Shown here: one piece after another, positions 1-11,329 of the stretch | Position numbering within the stretch: the stretch's first letter is position 1 | How the letters are laid out: each line of letters starts with the position of its first letter | From: Isurus oxyrinchus | Lineage: Eukaryota | Reading direction: 5' to 3' | Length of the DNA: 64,000 nucleotides | Assembly: GCA_026770705.1 (NCBI GenBank) | Contig: JANJGN010000011.1 | Span: 20,956,001-21,020,000, forward strand | Notes under the pieces: model-generated | Told to the model about the DNA's origin: nothing | The model's database searches: none | Seen by the model: only the letters and a program-made list of their open reading frames with translations | Made by a program: the position numbers and the translations under genes

Positions 1-835
1 AATCTGATTGTGTGGTCACAATGATTTTGCAACCTGTTTTTTTATTTCAAGATGTGTGCCCTGAATTTATAAGTAGTAAGTCCATCAAGACTTCTTAAAA
101 AACTAAATTAAACATTTATTAACAAAAGAAAAGAGTCCAAGCACATACAGAGGTCTACAAATTACTACTTTAATAACTTCTAATATCCCTAATTAATCTG
201 GCTTCCAGTTACACCTCTGTTAAGTCAACAGTAGAAAAAAAGATTTTAAATGGATCCAGGCAAGTCAACACAATACCCTGGATGGTACAATTCAAAGTGG
301 CTTTTCCCAGCCTCAGTTTCTGTAGACAGCAGGCTTAATGCACAAATACTGGAGGCTTATAACACTTCTGTTAGATCTTACAATGCCTGACACATAGCCT
401 CATTCTCCTCTATACATGTTTCTCTCTTTTAATGTAAATTCCATTGTTCCCACATGTCTTTGGAACTTTACCTTTCTCATAATATTAATCTTCCCATGGT
501 GCTAAAATTGTCAGTAACCTTTGGGAAAAATAAACACACTGCTTAGCTTAGCTTCACAGGCTAGGTGTAACTATCCAAGCATCTCTTTGAAATTCAAACT
601 GCCCTGATTTATCTAAAACATGAAAATTCCCCTCACCTTACATTCTAAGCCATGTTTATGTATTTGGCATTTCATACCTTGCTTCTTTTGATGAGTCAAA
701 ACCTCCAGATCAGCTGTCTCCAATTCAATTAAATCGCACAAATACATACACACACACAAACTATCCAAAATTCACTATTAACCTACTTTTACAATAAATC
801 ACAATAATATTGAGAATTATTATGCTTTCATGACA
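1..835 (-). mobile_element. Probable LTR-type repeat (solo LTR-like), truncated by window start
   Basis: Sharp end ...ctttcatgaca (reverse complement begins TGTCATGAAAG, an LTR-like TG start). Reverse-strand AATAAA near 42 and 115; internal (CA)n. No coding evidence. Confidence 0.35.
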
Positions 836-1059
836 GGGATCAATGGATAATGATCATTAATGAGAATAATGATTGAGGCCAATTGTAGCTCCTCTAATCT
901 GCTTTCTAGCTAAGTTCAGTTAATTCAGCAGATGGGAGAACAAATGTGAGACTTTCCTGATTATAACAACAACTGATACTTATATAGTACCTTTAGCATA
1001 TCATAAAACATCCCAAGCTGCTTTGGCTACTTAGCCCTTTAATGGAACAGCTGATCAGG

Positions 1060-1418
1060 GAAATGGTGGTGTCACGATAATGTCACTGCACTAGTAAGGC
1101 AGAAGTGCAGGTTAATGCTCTGGGACATGTAATCAAATTCCACCATGGTAGTTGGTGGAATTTAAATTCAGTTAATAAATCTGGAATTGTAAAGTTAGTC
1201 TCAGTAATGGTGACCATGAAACTATCATTGATTGTGCAAAAAAATCATCTGGTTCACTCATGTTCTTTTGGGATCTGGACCCTGACTCTAGACCCACAGC
1301 AATGTGGTTGACTCCTAACTCTCTGAAATGGCCTAGCAAGCCACTCAGCTCAAGGGCAATTGGGGATTGGCAGCAAGTGCTGGCCTTGTCAGCAACACCC
1401 ACATCCCAAGAAAAAGTA
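1060..1418 (+). mobile_element. tRNA-derived SINE with LINE-shared 3' tail
   Basis: Degenerate A/B boxes. 3' tail gggcaattggggattggcagcaagtgctggcc...cccacatccc-A-rich matches the 3' end of the LINE at 44130-45335. Second copy at 31710-32070. Confidence 0.7.
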
Positions 1419-1610
1419 AAGATAATAAAACTCTAAACTCAAATCGAAGTCAAGCACCTCTAGGTTCAGCGTCCAATGGTCTGTCACAAAGTTGCCTCTT
1501 TTAATTTTTGCAATTACTTTTGATATTCCTTCAAGCAGCATCTTGACTTGGTGTGTATTAGGAATTGTGGTGAAACTAGTCTGGAAAATGCAGTGTGTCC
1601 CCAGAGCCTA

Positions 1611-2535
1611 GGCTGGGATTTTCTATGCCCGCTGGCGTTGGGCGTGTTCGGTGGCATCAGCGGACAATATGGCACGATCGGTTTGGATGGCCAACCTCTT
1701 CTCTGCAGCATTGGCACTGACCACCGCTCTGCCGCTGGATTGGTAATGCCGTGCCTATCCTGCGGCCAGAGTGGGGGTAGAGGACATCATTGCGGGCCTC
1801 CACACCGTTCAAATGGCATTCCAGTGATGTGTCATTAAAGCTGGGGGCTGCAGTCTTTTTGCCTTTTGTTGACATCTTCCCTGCAGTAGTCATGGGCCGG
1901 AGCATCGAGATGCGTGCGCACGGCTGGACATTAAATATGGTGCCCGGCATGATGAAGTGACGAGGTGATGATGTGGCGTGTCAGCTTGGGCCTTTGGGGC
2001 TAGAGGTCCAGTCAGTTCAGGCCTTGGGCAGGGGTGGTGGGTGAGGTGAGGCTTTGGTGGGTTGAGGATGGGGGGGGGGGGGGGGGGGTAAGGGGCGAGG
2101 TTGGGTTAGGCCTTGGCAGGGGAGGAGTTGGGCTGGGTCTTGTGGGTGGGAGGGGTGATGCTGGAATGGGTTGGGTCAGGTTGGTCTGTGCCTTGGCAGG
2201 GAGCAGTTCCGGTTGGGTCAGGCTGTGGGAAGTAGGGCGTGTCTGGTTGGGACAAGGGATTGGGCAAGCTCAGGTTAGGCCTTGGGTGGGGGGTGTTGGG
2301 AGAAGACCCGCGGGGTGGTGTTGGGGAATCCCGTGAGCGGGTGGGTCTCAGGGAGGTGGGAAGTCCCCTGCGGGTGTGGGGAGAGTCAGTGTGGGTCAGC
2401 ACAGTAGTTAGAATAGCTAATTCTTCTAACTTTTTCTGGATAACTATTGATGAAGGAGGGTGGGAGGTGGGCGGTGGTGTGGCTTCCCAGCGCATCTTTG
2501 GAGTACCCCCCAGATAAGATAGCCTGGAGCTCAGA
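1611..2535. mobile_element. GC-rich non-autonomous DNA-transposon-like insert with G-rich core
   Basis: Abrupt GC/CpG-rich block starting ggctgggattttc, with a poly-G/GGG-rich core at about 2030-2470. ORFs here are low-complexity. A clear second TIR was not identified. Confidence 0.35.
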
Positions 2536-2758
2536 AGTTACAGCCCATTAATTTTGTGTAAATTTTTGGGTGATACCTAACGAGAGCTATATGATCATAG
2601 GTCACAAGTGGTCTAGCAATGTGAAAAATTTGATATGCTTTGGCCAAATTGTAATTTTTCCTGTCAACTCACACCAGTACATTCAGCAACCCAAGTTACA
2701 GCACAGTTTTGTTCTGCTCTTGTTCAAAAAAAAAACTATTTCTTTTTCATTGTCGCAG

Positions 2759-3208
2759 AGCTTGATTTTCTTGATACCACAACATTTGCTGGAGATTACG
2801 ACTACCCAGTGAGTACAACAATTCCCGTTATTACTTCTGAATCGACAACTTCATTGACCACCCAAGAATTCACCACACAAGTGATCACAACACCTGCGAC
2901 CACAAATACGTCACAGGTCATGTGGAACGATTTAGAATGGATGCAGGACACATCTCCTGAGACCGCGAGCCTGAGAACTGAAAATTACCCCACCACAATA
3001 CGATCTACGGTAAAAATGGAGGAAACTTCTGATCCATGGAATGAAGATGTGAATCAAGATCAGCTGGGATCAGCTGGAAAAGACTGTCCTGTTGTTGTAG
3101 CAAATGGTACAAGTCACCTTCCCATATATATGTGTATCATCCTCGGTGGCATTCTACTACTTCTAATCATCACATTCCTTATCAAGCGATTCAAAGGATA
3201 CTGCAAAT
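2759..3208 (+). CDS. Unnamed type I sialomucin-like membrane protein, mucin stalk + TM exon (5' exons outside window)
   Basis: Acceptor tctttttcattgtcgcag|, donor |gtaaat, 450 nt, phase 1-1. Encodes LDFLDTTTFAGDYDYPVSTT...TTPATTNTS...LPIYMCIILGGILLLLIITFLIKRFKGYCK: T/S/P-rich stalk, hydrophobic helix, basic stop-transfer. Confidence 0.85.
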
Positions 3209-3599
3209 GTAAATATTTTCTTCTTTTTAAAATGAAGGATATAAATCTCCTCTCTGGTTTAGTGTAAATGCACTTGTTGGATATTACTGAGGCATGCAGG
3301 TGCAAGGTGATCCTGCTCTCTGCTTAGCAAGTTGGTCTTAAGCAGGGCAGCAGTGGGGAGTTGCGATTGACTTGTGTATTTGAGGGGTGGGAGTTGGTGA
3401 AATCAATCATGATTCACACTCCTGATGGCTTTTTAGTGACTCCTGTTGGAAAGTGCACGTTTGGGTTGTGTGTGAAGACAGAAACAAGCTCCAAAGTTGA
3501 GCAGTTTGCCAACATTGACTGCGTGGGTGAATGGCCACTTGACAGCCTCTCTCTGAAACCATGCCGTAGCAAAAGTCAGCAGCTTCAGAAGAACTGTAA

Positions 3600-4275
3600 C
3601 TAGTGGAATGTCACAGAGATCAGTGCTGGGGCCTCAACTATTTACGATCTATATTAATGCTTGGATGAAGGGACTGATTGTACTGTAACTAAATTTGCTC
3701 TAATATAAGGTTGCGAAGAAAGAGAGTTGTGAGAAGGATACAAAGAGACTGCAAAGTGATATAGATAGGTTAAGTGAGTAGGCAAAAAATACATGCATGT
3801 GAATTAGGAGCAGGGGTAGGCCTCTTGGCCCCTTGAGCCTGCTCTGCCATTTAGTAACATCATGGCTGATCTGATTGTAACCTGAACTTCACATTCCCAC
3901 CTACCCTGTAACCTTTCACCCCCTTGCTTATCAAGAACCTATCTAGCTCTGCCTTAAAAATATTCAAAGGCTTCGCTTCCACCGCCTTTCGAGGAAGGAA
4001 GTTCCAAAGGCGCTCAACACTCAGAAAAAATTTCTCCTATTCTCTGTCTTAAATAGGCGACCCCTTATTTTTAAACAGTAGCCACTAGTTCTCCCGCAAG
4101 AGGAAACATTCTTACCACATCCAGCCTGTCAAGACCCCCCAGGACCCTATATGTTTCAATCGAGTCAGCTCTTACTCTTCTAAACTCCAGCGGATAAAAT
4201 TTGCAGATGGAGTATAGTGTGGGAAAATGTGTGGTTATCTACTTTGGTGGGAAGAATAGTCAAGCAGAATATTAT
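3600..4275. mobile_element. CR1 LINE ORF2 fragment (+) interrupted by CR1 3' end (-, about 3791-4195)
   Basis: Degenerate RT core (SGMSQRSVLGPQLFTIYIN). The + strand sequence resumes at about 4199 (ttgcagatggagtatagtgtgggaaaatgt). Confidence 0.75.
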
Positions 4276-4484
4276 TGAACTAGTGGTTTACAAGAAAAAT
4301 TGTGAACATATGTCATTTTGCTGCTTTGTCTGGTGGCATAAAATGCTCATTGTAAATCAGAGCCACCTACGTGACACATTAAATCTGCTGTATGAATAAA
4401 GCGCTGAAGAACACAAAATATAACATTGAAGAGAGGAGCAAAAATGCATTTAAAGATGTTTGACTCTTGTTCTTAATTTGACAG

Positions 4485-4515
4485 ATGGAACCCATGATGT
4501 GGAACGCAATGCAAG
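4485..4515 (+). CDS. Sialomucin-like gene, cytoplasmic exon
   Basis: ttcttaatttgacag|ATGGAACC...GCAAG|gtataa, 31 nt, phase 1-2, (Y)GTHDVERNA. Frame-compatible with both neighbours. Confidence 0.7.
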
Positions 4516-6077
4516 GTATAAACCAATGTGAATTTCTCACATACCAATTTTATCACATTATACTTGTTCTCACATCTTCAGTATTTCCAGATATGCCAGG
4601 CAGGATAAAATGTCAAGGTTCAGGTTCATGAAGACCAAATTTAGGAAAATGTCAGGGAATATTTTCTCTCAAATAATTGACAGTTGGAACAGGTTGCCAG
4701 GAAGATTGGTGGAGGTGGAGGTCATTCATTCAAGGAACAGCCAGATGATGTAATGGGTTGGTATTCAATAGGTTACCAAATGAGTCTTCTTATCTGGAGC
4801 TACCTGGTGAAAATATTGCTCATTTTAATACATATTTAAAAATTCAACTTGTTAAAGCTTGAGCCATATTTATATTAAAATAGCCTAGAATGATCAAGTT
4901 CCGCAAATGGAATTTTCAATCCAGGTCATAATACACTTTTAACTTTGACCCAAACACTTAAAATGGTTCATGAAGTTGTTTGATACATGCAACGGAAGGG
5001 TTTCCTCTAACCTAGGATCTTTTACTAAAATACATGGTGGACTTGTGACAAAAAAAGGAGAAATGATAGCATGGAGGTAGGTCTCTCTCTCTTACCTTTT
5101 TCCACCTATAACTTAGCACCTTTTAAGTGTGAAATCACCAGATAGCACCCCTCACATGAAGACTTGGATTGAACAGTTGGTGGCATATTCATCTACTACA
5201 TAGCATGTTATCTAGGACATTAAACTGGTCAGCATATCTTATCCAGGCAGATCTCTATTTTACTGCTTAATAAAGTCTTAGCATAACAGCTGCTGGAAGC
5301 CAGTGCCTATAGAACAGATTAATGAAACCTATGTCTTTACACATCCATAGTTCAGTGGCTGTCAGGTTCAGAGGGGCAAGCAGTTGCACCTGAAACTCAA
5401 CACTTCCATTTTGGAAATGGAATTTGGTGTATATGCTCTGCATGGCAGAATGATATTGTGAATTGTGCCATAAACTAGGCAGTAAAGACTGGAAAAGATT
5501 GGTCTGACTGCCTTATAAGGCGTGGAACCACTGTCCATGCCTTACAGTGCAAATTATGACAACAGGATGGGGACATTTGATGCCAGAGGCTCTCACCTCA
5601 TTGGCGGAGCTGGGACCCAATGGACAGCAATACCTCGAAGTAAAGCACGCCAGTTTCCTCACTGGTCCAACCTATCGAGTCCAGGCTGGGGAAGTGGACT
5701 CCTCAATAATTTTGTTTCTTAAATTTTTGTAATTGATTAGCCTTTTGGCTCTTGGGGTCATGGCCAATAGCCTGGAACTGGAAATGGTGGCTGAGGTCTC
5801 TGACATCACAGGGCAGGCTGGTGTCAGAAATTTGCCTGAACTGAAGCTTGTGCCCATCTACTCCATGCTAAGTAGGTGCTTTCTCACTGACCCCATAAAT
5901 TCAGCACTGGAGGGCATAATTTGAGTACATGCCAGAATTGGGTTCAAAGAATATCAGCCGGGATACCTATTACTAGTTAAATGCTAATGCAGGAGTTTGC
6001 ATTCATATTTATTTTTGTGGTGATTAAATTTCCATAGCATTTGGCAAAATTCTCATTTCCAAAAATTATTATTGCAG

Positions 6078-6124
6078 TGATCCAAACAACCGTGATTCTT
6101 CAGGTTCAGAGGGAATGCCACCTG
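6078..6124 (+). CDS. Sialomucin-like gene, cytoplasmic exon
   Basis: ttattattgcag|TGATCC...CCACCTG|gtaagg, 47 nt, phase 2-1, (S)DPNNRDSSGSEGMPP. Confidence 0.7.
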
Positions 6125-6329
6125 GTAAGGAAGAATAAAGCATTTATTATTTTTCTTTAGGATGCCTTGACTGTTCTATTCCTTCCCTGGGTCTCCTTGC
6201 ATGCTTTATCTCTGGTTAACATTGAGAAATTACCGCACCACAGGCTTACACCAATTTTACTTTGAAATCAGATGCTTTGGAGGTCTGTGAAGGCAATCCA
6301 ATATGACTATCTTCAATCTTAAAACAAAA

Positions 6330-8640
6330 AAAATAAGAGTAGACCATATGCCCCCTTGAGTCTGCACCTCCATTCAATACCATCATGGCTGATTTTTCTA
6401 CCTCAATTCCACTTTTCTGCCTGCTCCCCATATCCCATGATTTCCAAGACCAAAAATCTGTCTATCTCAGCCTTAAATACCCTCAGTGATGGAGCACCCA
6501 CAACCCTCCGGTGAAGACATTTCCAAAGATTCACAACTCCGAGTGAAGGAATTTCACCTCATCTCAGTTCTAAATGGTTGACCTCTTATCCCAAGGCTTC
6601 CCCAGTATTCTAAACTCCCCAGCCAGTGGAAGCAACCTCTCAGTGTCCACCCCATCAAGCCTCTTCAAAATCTTGTTTGTTTCAATGAGCCCACCACTCA
6701 TTTTGCTAAAATCCAGAGAATATAGGCCCTTTTTACATAGCCTCCCATCATGGAACAATTCTGTCATCCCAGGAACCAATCTACTGAGCCTTCATTGTAC
6801 CACCTCCATCGCATGTTTGGAAGCCAAAACTGCACACAGTGGTCCAGGTATAGCCTCATTAAAGCCCTACATAATTGTAGCAAGTCTTCCTTATTCTTGT
6901 ACTGTACTTCAATCCCCTGGCGATAAGGCTAATATATTTGTCCTCCTAAATGCTTGCTGTACGTTCTGTGTTCCTTGTATGTATACATGCACATATGTCT
7001 GAACATCAAAGTTTAGAAATTTTATGCTTTTAAAAATACTCTGCTTTGCTATTCTTATGACCAAAGTGCATAACCTCACACTTACTCACATTATGCTCCA
7101 TCCACCTTGTAGCCCATTCACTTAATCTGTCCATATCTCTTTGCACCCTTTGTGTCCTTCTCACAGCTTACACTTCCACCTTAAGAAGTCATACAGACTC
7201 AAAATGTTAACTCTGTTTCTCTCCTCCACAGATGCTGCCAGACCCGCTGAGTTTTTTCAGCATTTTCTGTTTTTGATACATTTCCACCTAGCTTTGCCTA
7301 ACAACAAACTTGGATTCCTTACTCAGTCTTTTCACCTAAGTCATTAATACAGATTGTAAATAGTTGTGCTCCCAGCACAACTTGTGGCACTCCACTGGTT
7401 AGTGCCTGAAAACTTGAAAATACTGTTTATCCCTACTCTCTGCTTCCTGTCCGTTAACCAACCTTCCATCTGTGCTAATTACCCCCAACTCTATGAACCC
7501 TTATTTTGCTTATTAACCTTTTGCGTGGCACATTTTCAAATGCCTTTTGGAACTCCAAGTATATTACATCCATTAGCATCCCTTTATCTAGCCTACTAGT
7601 TACAGCCTCAAAAACTTTATTAATCATCAAACATGATTTTCCTTCTGTAAATCCATTTTAACTCTGTCTGATTGTAGTTTGAATTTCTAAGTGCATGGAT
7701 ACGACTTCTTTGGTAATAGATTCCAGCATTTTCCCTGATGACTGGCTTAGTTTCCTGTTTGCTCTTTTCCTCCTTCCTTGAATGGTGTATTACATTCACT
7801 AACTTTAAATTCACTGGGACAATTCTAGAGTCGAGGGAATTATCCACTATCTCCAGAAGATCCCTCTTTTACATCCCTAGGATGTAGGCCATCAGGTCCT
7901 GGGGATTAGTTAGCCTTTAGTGCCTTAATCTGTCCAATGCGTTTTCTCTGCTGATATTAACTAATTTAATTCCCTCATTCTTATTTGCCCCTTGGACACC
8001 CTCCAGTTCTGATTTGTAATTTGTATCTTCCACTGAGAAGACATACATAAAATACTTGTTCAACATCAATGACATTTCCTCATTCCCCATGATAAATTTT
8101 TCTGTCTCTGCCTCTAAGGGACCAACATTTACTTTAGCTACTCTCTTCCTTTTGTATAATTGTACGGCTCTTAGATTTACTCTCGTTACATTCTCCCCCC
8201 ACCCCTACTTTTTGGTTGTCCTTTGCTGGTTTTTACAACTCTCCCAATCTTTATTATTACTATTAATCTTTATTAATGTAGCCAACCAACCAGAGCTGGC
8301 TCTCCCTTTGTACTTATGAAATTGACTTTGCTCAAGTTTAAGATTCTTGTTTGGGACTGGAGTATGTAATTCACAAACTTACTATGGAATTCAATTGTAT
8401 CATGATCACTTTTTTTCCTAGAGGGTTCTTTGAGATTACTAATTAAAGATTCCTCATTATACAATATTAGTTCTAAAACAGCTTTATTCCTAGTTAGTTC
8501 TGCAATGTATTGTTCCAAGAAACTGTTGCAAAGATATTCTACTAACTCAGCTTCCATAATATGAAAATATGAATTTGGAACAGGAGTAAGCCATTCAGGC
8601 ACTTGAGACTGCTCCGCCATTCAATAAGATCATGGCTGAT
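6330..8640 (-). mobile_element. Decayed CR1 LINE ORF2 segments with short Penelope-end insertion (about 7178-7277)
   Basis: Minus ORFs with CR1 motifs (GLYSL..LIETNKILKRLDGVD; SDHDTIEF..LNLSKVNF). Confidence 0.75.
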
Positions 8641-8659
8641 CTTTGCCAATTTGTTTTAT

Positions 8660-9560
8660 CTAGCCTTTTTTTTCATTTGTGAAATTTAAGCATCACTAGC
8701 AATGTCAGCACTAGACATACCTAATTAGAAGGTAGTGTTGAGCTGCCTTCTTGAATCACTGCAATCCATTTGGTGTAGGTACACCCACAAGTATTGTTAG
8801 CAAGAGCATTCCAGGATTTTGATGTGACGACAGTGAAGGAACAGCCAGCGATTTAGTTCCAAGTCAGGGGGGCTGTGTAAGCTTGGAAAGGAACCAGCAG
8901 GTGCTGGTGTTCCAACGTGTCTGGTGCCCTTGTTCTACTAGATGATAGAGGGCGCTAGTTTAGAATGCGCAGTTGACAGAGGCTTGGTCGGTTGCTGCAA
9001 CTTGTAAATGATGTGCACTGCTGCTACTGTGCGCCAGTGCTGAAGGGGGCTATTTAAGGTGGTGAATGAGGTGCTGTGAAGAGGACCGCCCTTTTCTGGA
9101 CGGTGTCAAGCTTCTTTAAGGTTGCTGCAGCTGCACTAATCCAGGCATGTGGAGAGAGTTGCATCACATTCTTGACTTGTGCCTTTTAAGGGTACAGGCT
9201 TTGAGGAGTCAGAATCCCTAGCCTCTGGCCTGCTCTTGTAAGTAACAGTATTTATAAGGCCTTATATTTATAAGTTTCTGGTCAATGGCGAGATTCTCTG
9301 TTGCTGGAGAGGTCATTGCCTGTCACTTGCGGCATGTATGTATTTCAACACTTACCAGACCAAGCCTGATTATTGTCCAGGTCTTGCTACAGGCAGGCAT
9401 CGACTGCCTTGGTATCTGTGGAGCTGGAAATGGGACTGAACACCCATCATCAGTGAACATCCTCACTTCTGATCTTATGCTGGAAGGAAGGTCACTGATG
9501 AAGCAGCTTAAGATGTTTGGGCCTTAGATATTACCAAGAGGAACTCCTGCAGCAATGTAG
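8660..9560 (-). mobile_element. CR1/L2-group LINE 3' fragment (same family as 44130-45335)
   Basis: Degenerate nucleotide similarity to 44130-45335 (gctgcagctgcactaatccaggc; gaaggtcactgatgaagcagct). Confidence 0.7.
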
Positions 9561-9853
9561 ATCATGGAGATTAAAGTCTCGCATGATTAGTACATTATCT
9601 TTGTTATAAACTCCAATTGATTCTTGCTCAATGCTCTGTCCCATTTGTTCTCCAATCTTCAGTGGTTAGAGCTGAAATTTGTTCAGAAGTTTGGTGTAAA
9701 AAATTACATTACACCTCAGCATAGAGTGAGGTATCTAGACTTTGTTGTATTATACTCCCATTCACATCTCAGTATCTGTACATTAAAGTGTACTGTCATT
9801 AATTTATGCTGTGTTTTTAACAAGTTGCACTTCCCTTTGCTATTTAAAAAAAG

Positions 9854-9928
9854 AGAGCCAAGATGAGTCCCTGGTGCAGACAGGGAATGAAGATGGTGGC
9901 ACTGCAGTGACTGTAGATGGGACTAATG
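9854..9928 (+). CDS. Sialomucin-like gene, cytoplasmic exon
   Basis: ttccctttgctatttaaaaaaag|AGAGCC...ACTAATG|gtaagt (consensus donor), 75 nt, phase 1-1, (E)SQDESLVQTGNEDGGTAVTVDGTN. Confidence 0.7.
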
Positions 9929-10969
9929 GTAAGTAGAATTATTTGTAAGAAAATTAAGTGTGGCTCATTAATGACACCTGTTCCATTTGACCAAATTATT
10001 TTGTGATAGACTCCATTGTACTTTTAAGTCCCTTTTTATTTGGTCTCTCTACATCCTCCATAATTATGGCACTTCCTGTCCTATATTAATGTTCTTCTGT
10101 CAGGATGTGAAAGAGAGTAGACTAGATGACTGTCTATTTCTAACTATTTTTCGGGATGAGTCTCTGAGTTATGCAAAAAAGACCGATTCCCCAAATGCGC
10201 TGAGTTAGTTTTGGTCTGCTACCAAAATCAGCTTTAGTGCTACAGCTAAGGAGTGGGAAAAATCTACTATATCAGTCAATACCATACTCACAATAATCAC
10301 ACAATACTCTGATCATCGCCCAGAGTGAGGATCAAAAATGCTGTGATATTCCCCTATAGTCAAACAGCCTGTGTTCATGGTCAAGGCTCATACATGGCAA
10401 ATTACACCTCAATGAAATATTAGAGGGAAAGCTGTGCCTGTAGAACCATAGCCTAATTTGAAGACAGGAAGAAATTAAAGCAGAGGTCAGAGTTGCATCT
10501 GGTTATCAGTTTGCCATAGCATCAGAAGTTCTTTGTTTTGTGGATGCATAGATAACAGAAGAGTGGGCACTTAACATCACACCCCTTTACGTACCTACCA
10601 TATTTGGTCATCCCACAGTGGAATTCATGGTTTCTTCAGTTATGTCTAACTGTCAGTTAAGACACCTCATCTTTACTCCACTCAGTCACCATGTCACAAT
10701 TTTCCAATTACCTCAATCTCTTTCATTCTTTTCAACCATGATGGCATCTTGCACAAAGAGCCCTGACCCTTTAATGTGGTTTTTCAAAAATAAAAATCTT
10801 TTCAGAGAACAGCGTTTTGTAAACTTTGCAACAAAAAAAACTTAGCTGCAATTACATTAAGAGCCTGCCAAGTTGTTACTATGATATAAGTCTTTTTTTT
10901 AAGAACTACTGTCAAAACACAATTATACACTGGCTGTGGATTGCTGCATGTTGCTTATTGTCTCTCCAG

Positions 10970-11019
10970 AAGAAATGCACGAGCCCAAGGATGACGATGA
11001 GGATACAACAGAATCAGAG
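10970..11019 (+). CDS. Sialomucin-like gene, cytoplasmic exon
   Basis: ttattgtctctccag|AAGAAATG...TCAGAG|gtcaga, 50 nt, phase 1-0, (E)EMHEPKDDDEDTTESE. Confidence 0.7.
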
Positions 11020-11329
11020 GTCAGATATTTTGACATAATATGTGGTAAATGAGGTGACTAAAAATCACCAGGTAAACCTGAGCACTTTTACAATCAATAA
11101 CTTTTTCATTATGGTATTTTCGGTTGTTGCTCCCAAGGCAGCCTAAGTTTGTTTGTATCACAATGCACAAAATCAAGTCTGTAGGGTTTGTTGTGTGGCT
11201 GTTCTGCTAGCAATTTCATTCATTATGTATGAAGATATGAAGTGTTGCAGCAATTCTAAATCTCACAGTTGGAAATGTATGGAATACATGGTAGAAAAAT
11301 TATAAATATCATACCACTATATAAGGCAG

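Noticed and set aside
2034-2517. Gly-rich and Pro-rich ORFs
   Set aside because: By-products of a G-skewed low-complexity tract.
2635-3267. Single-exon 210-aa ORF as listed in the track
   Set aside because: The N- and C-terminal extensions are intronic; splice sites delimit the exon at 2759-3208.
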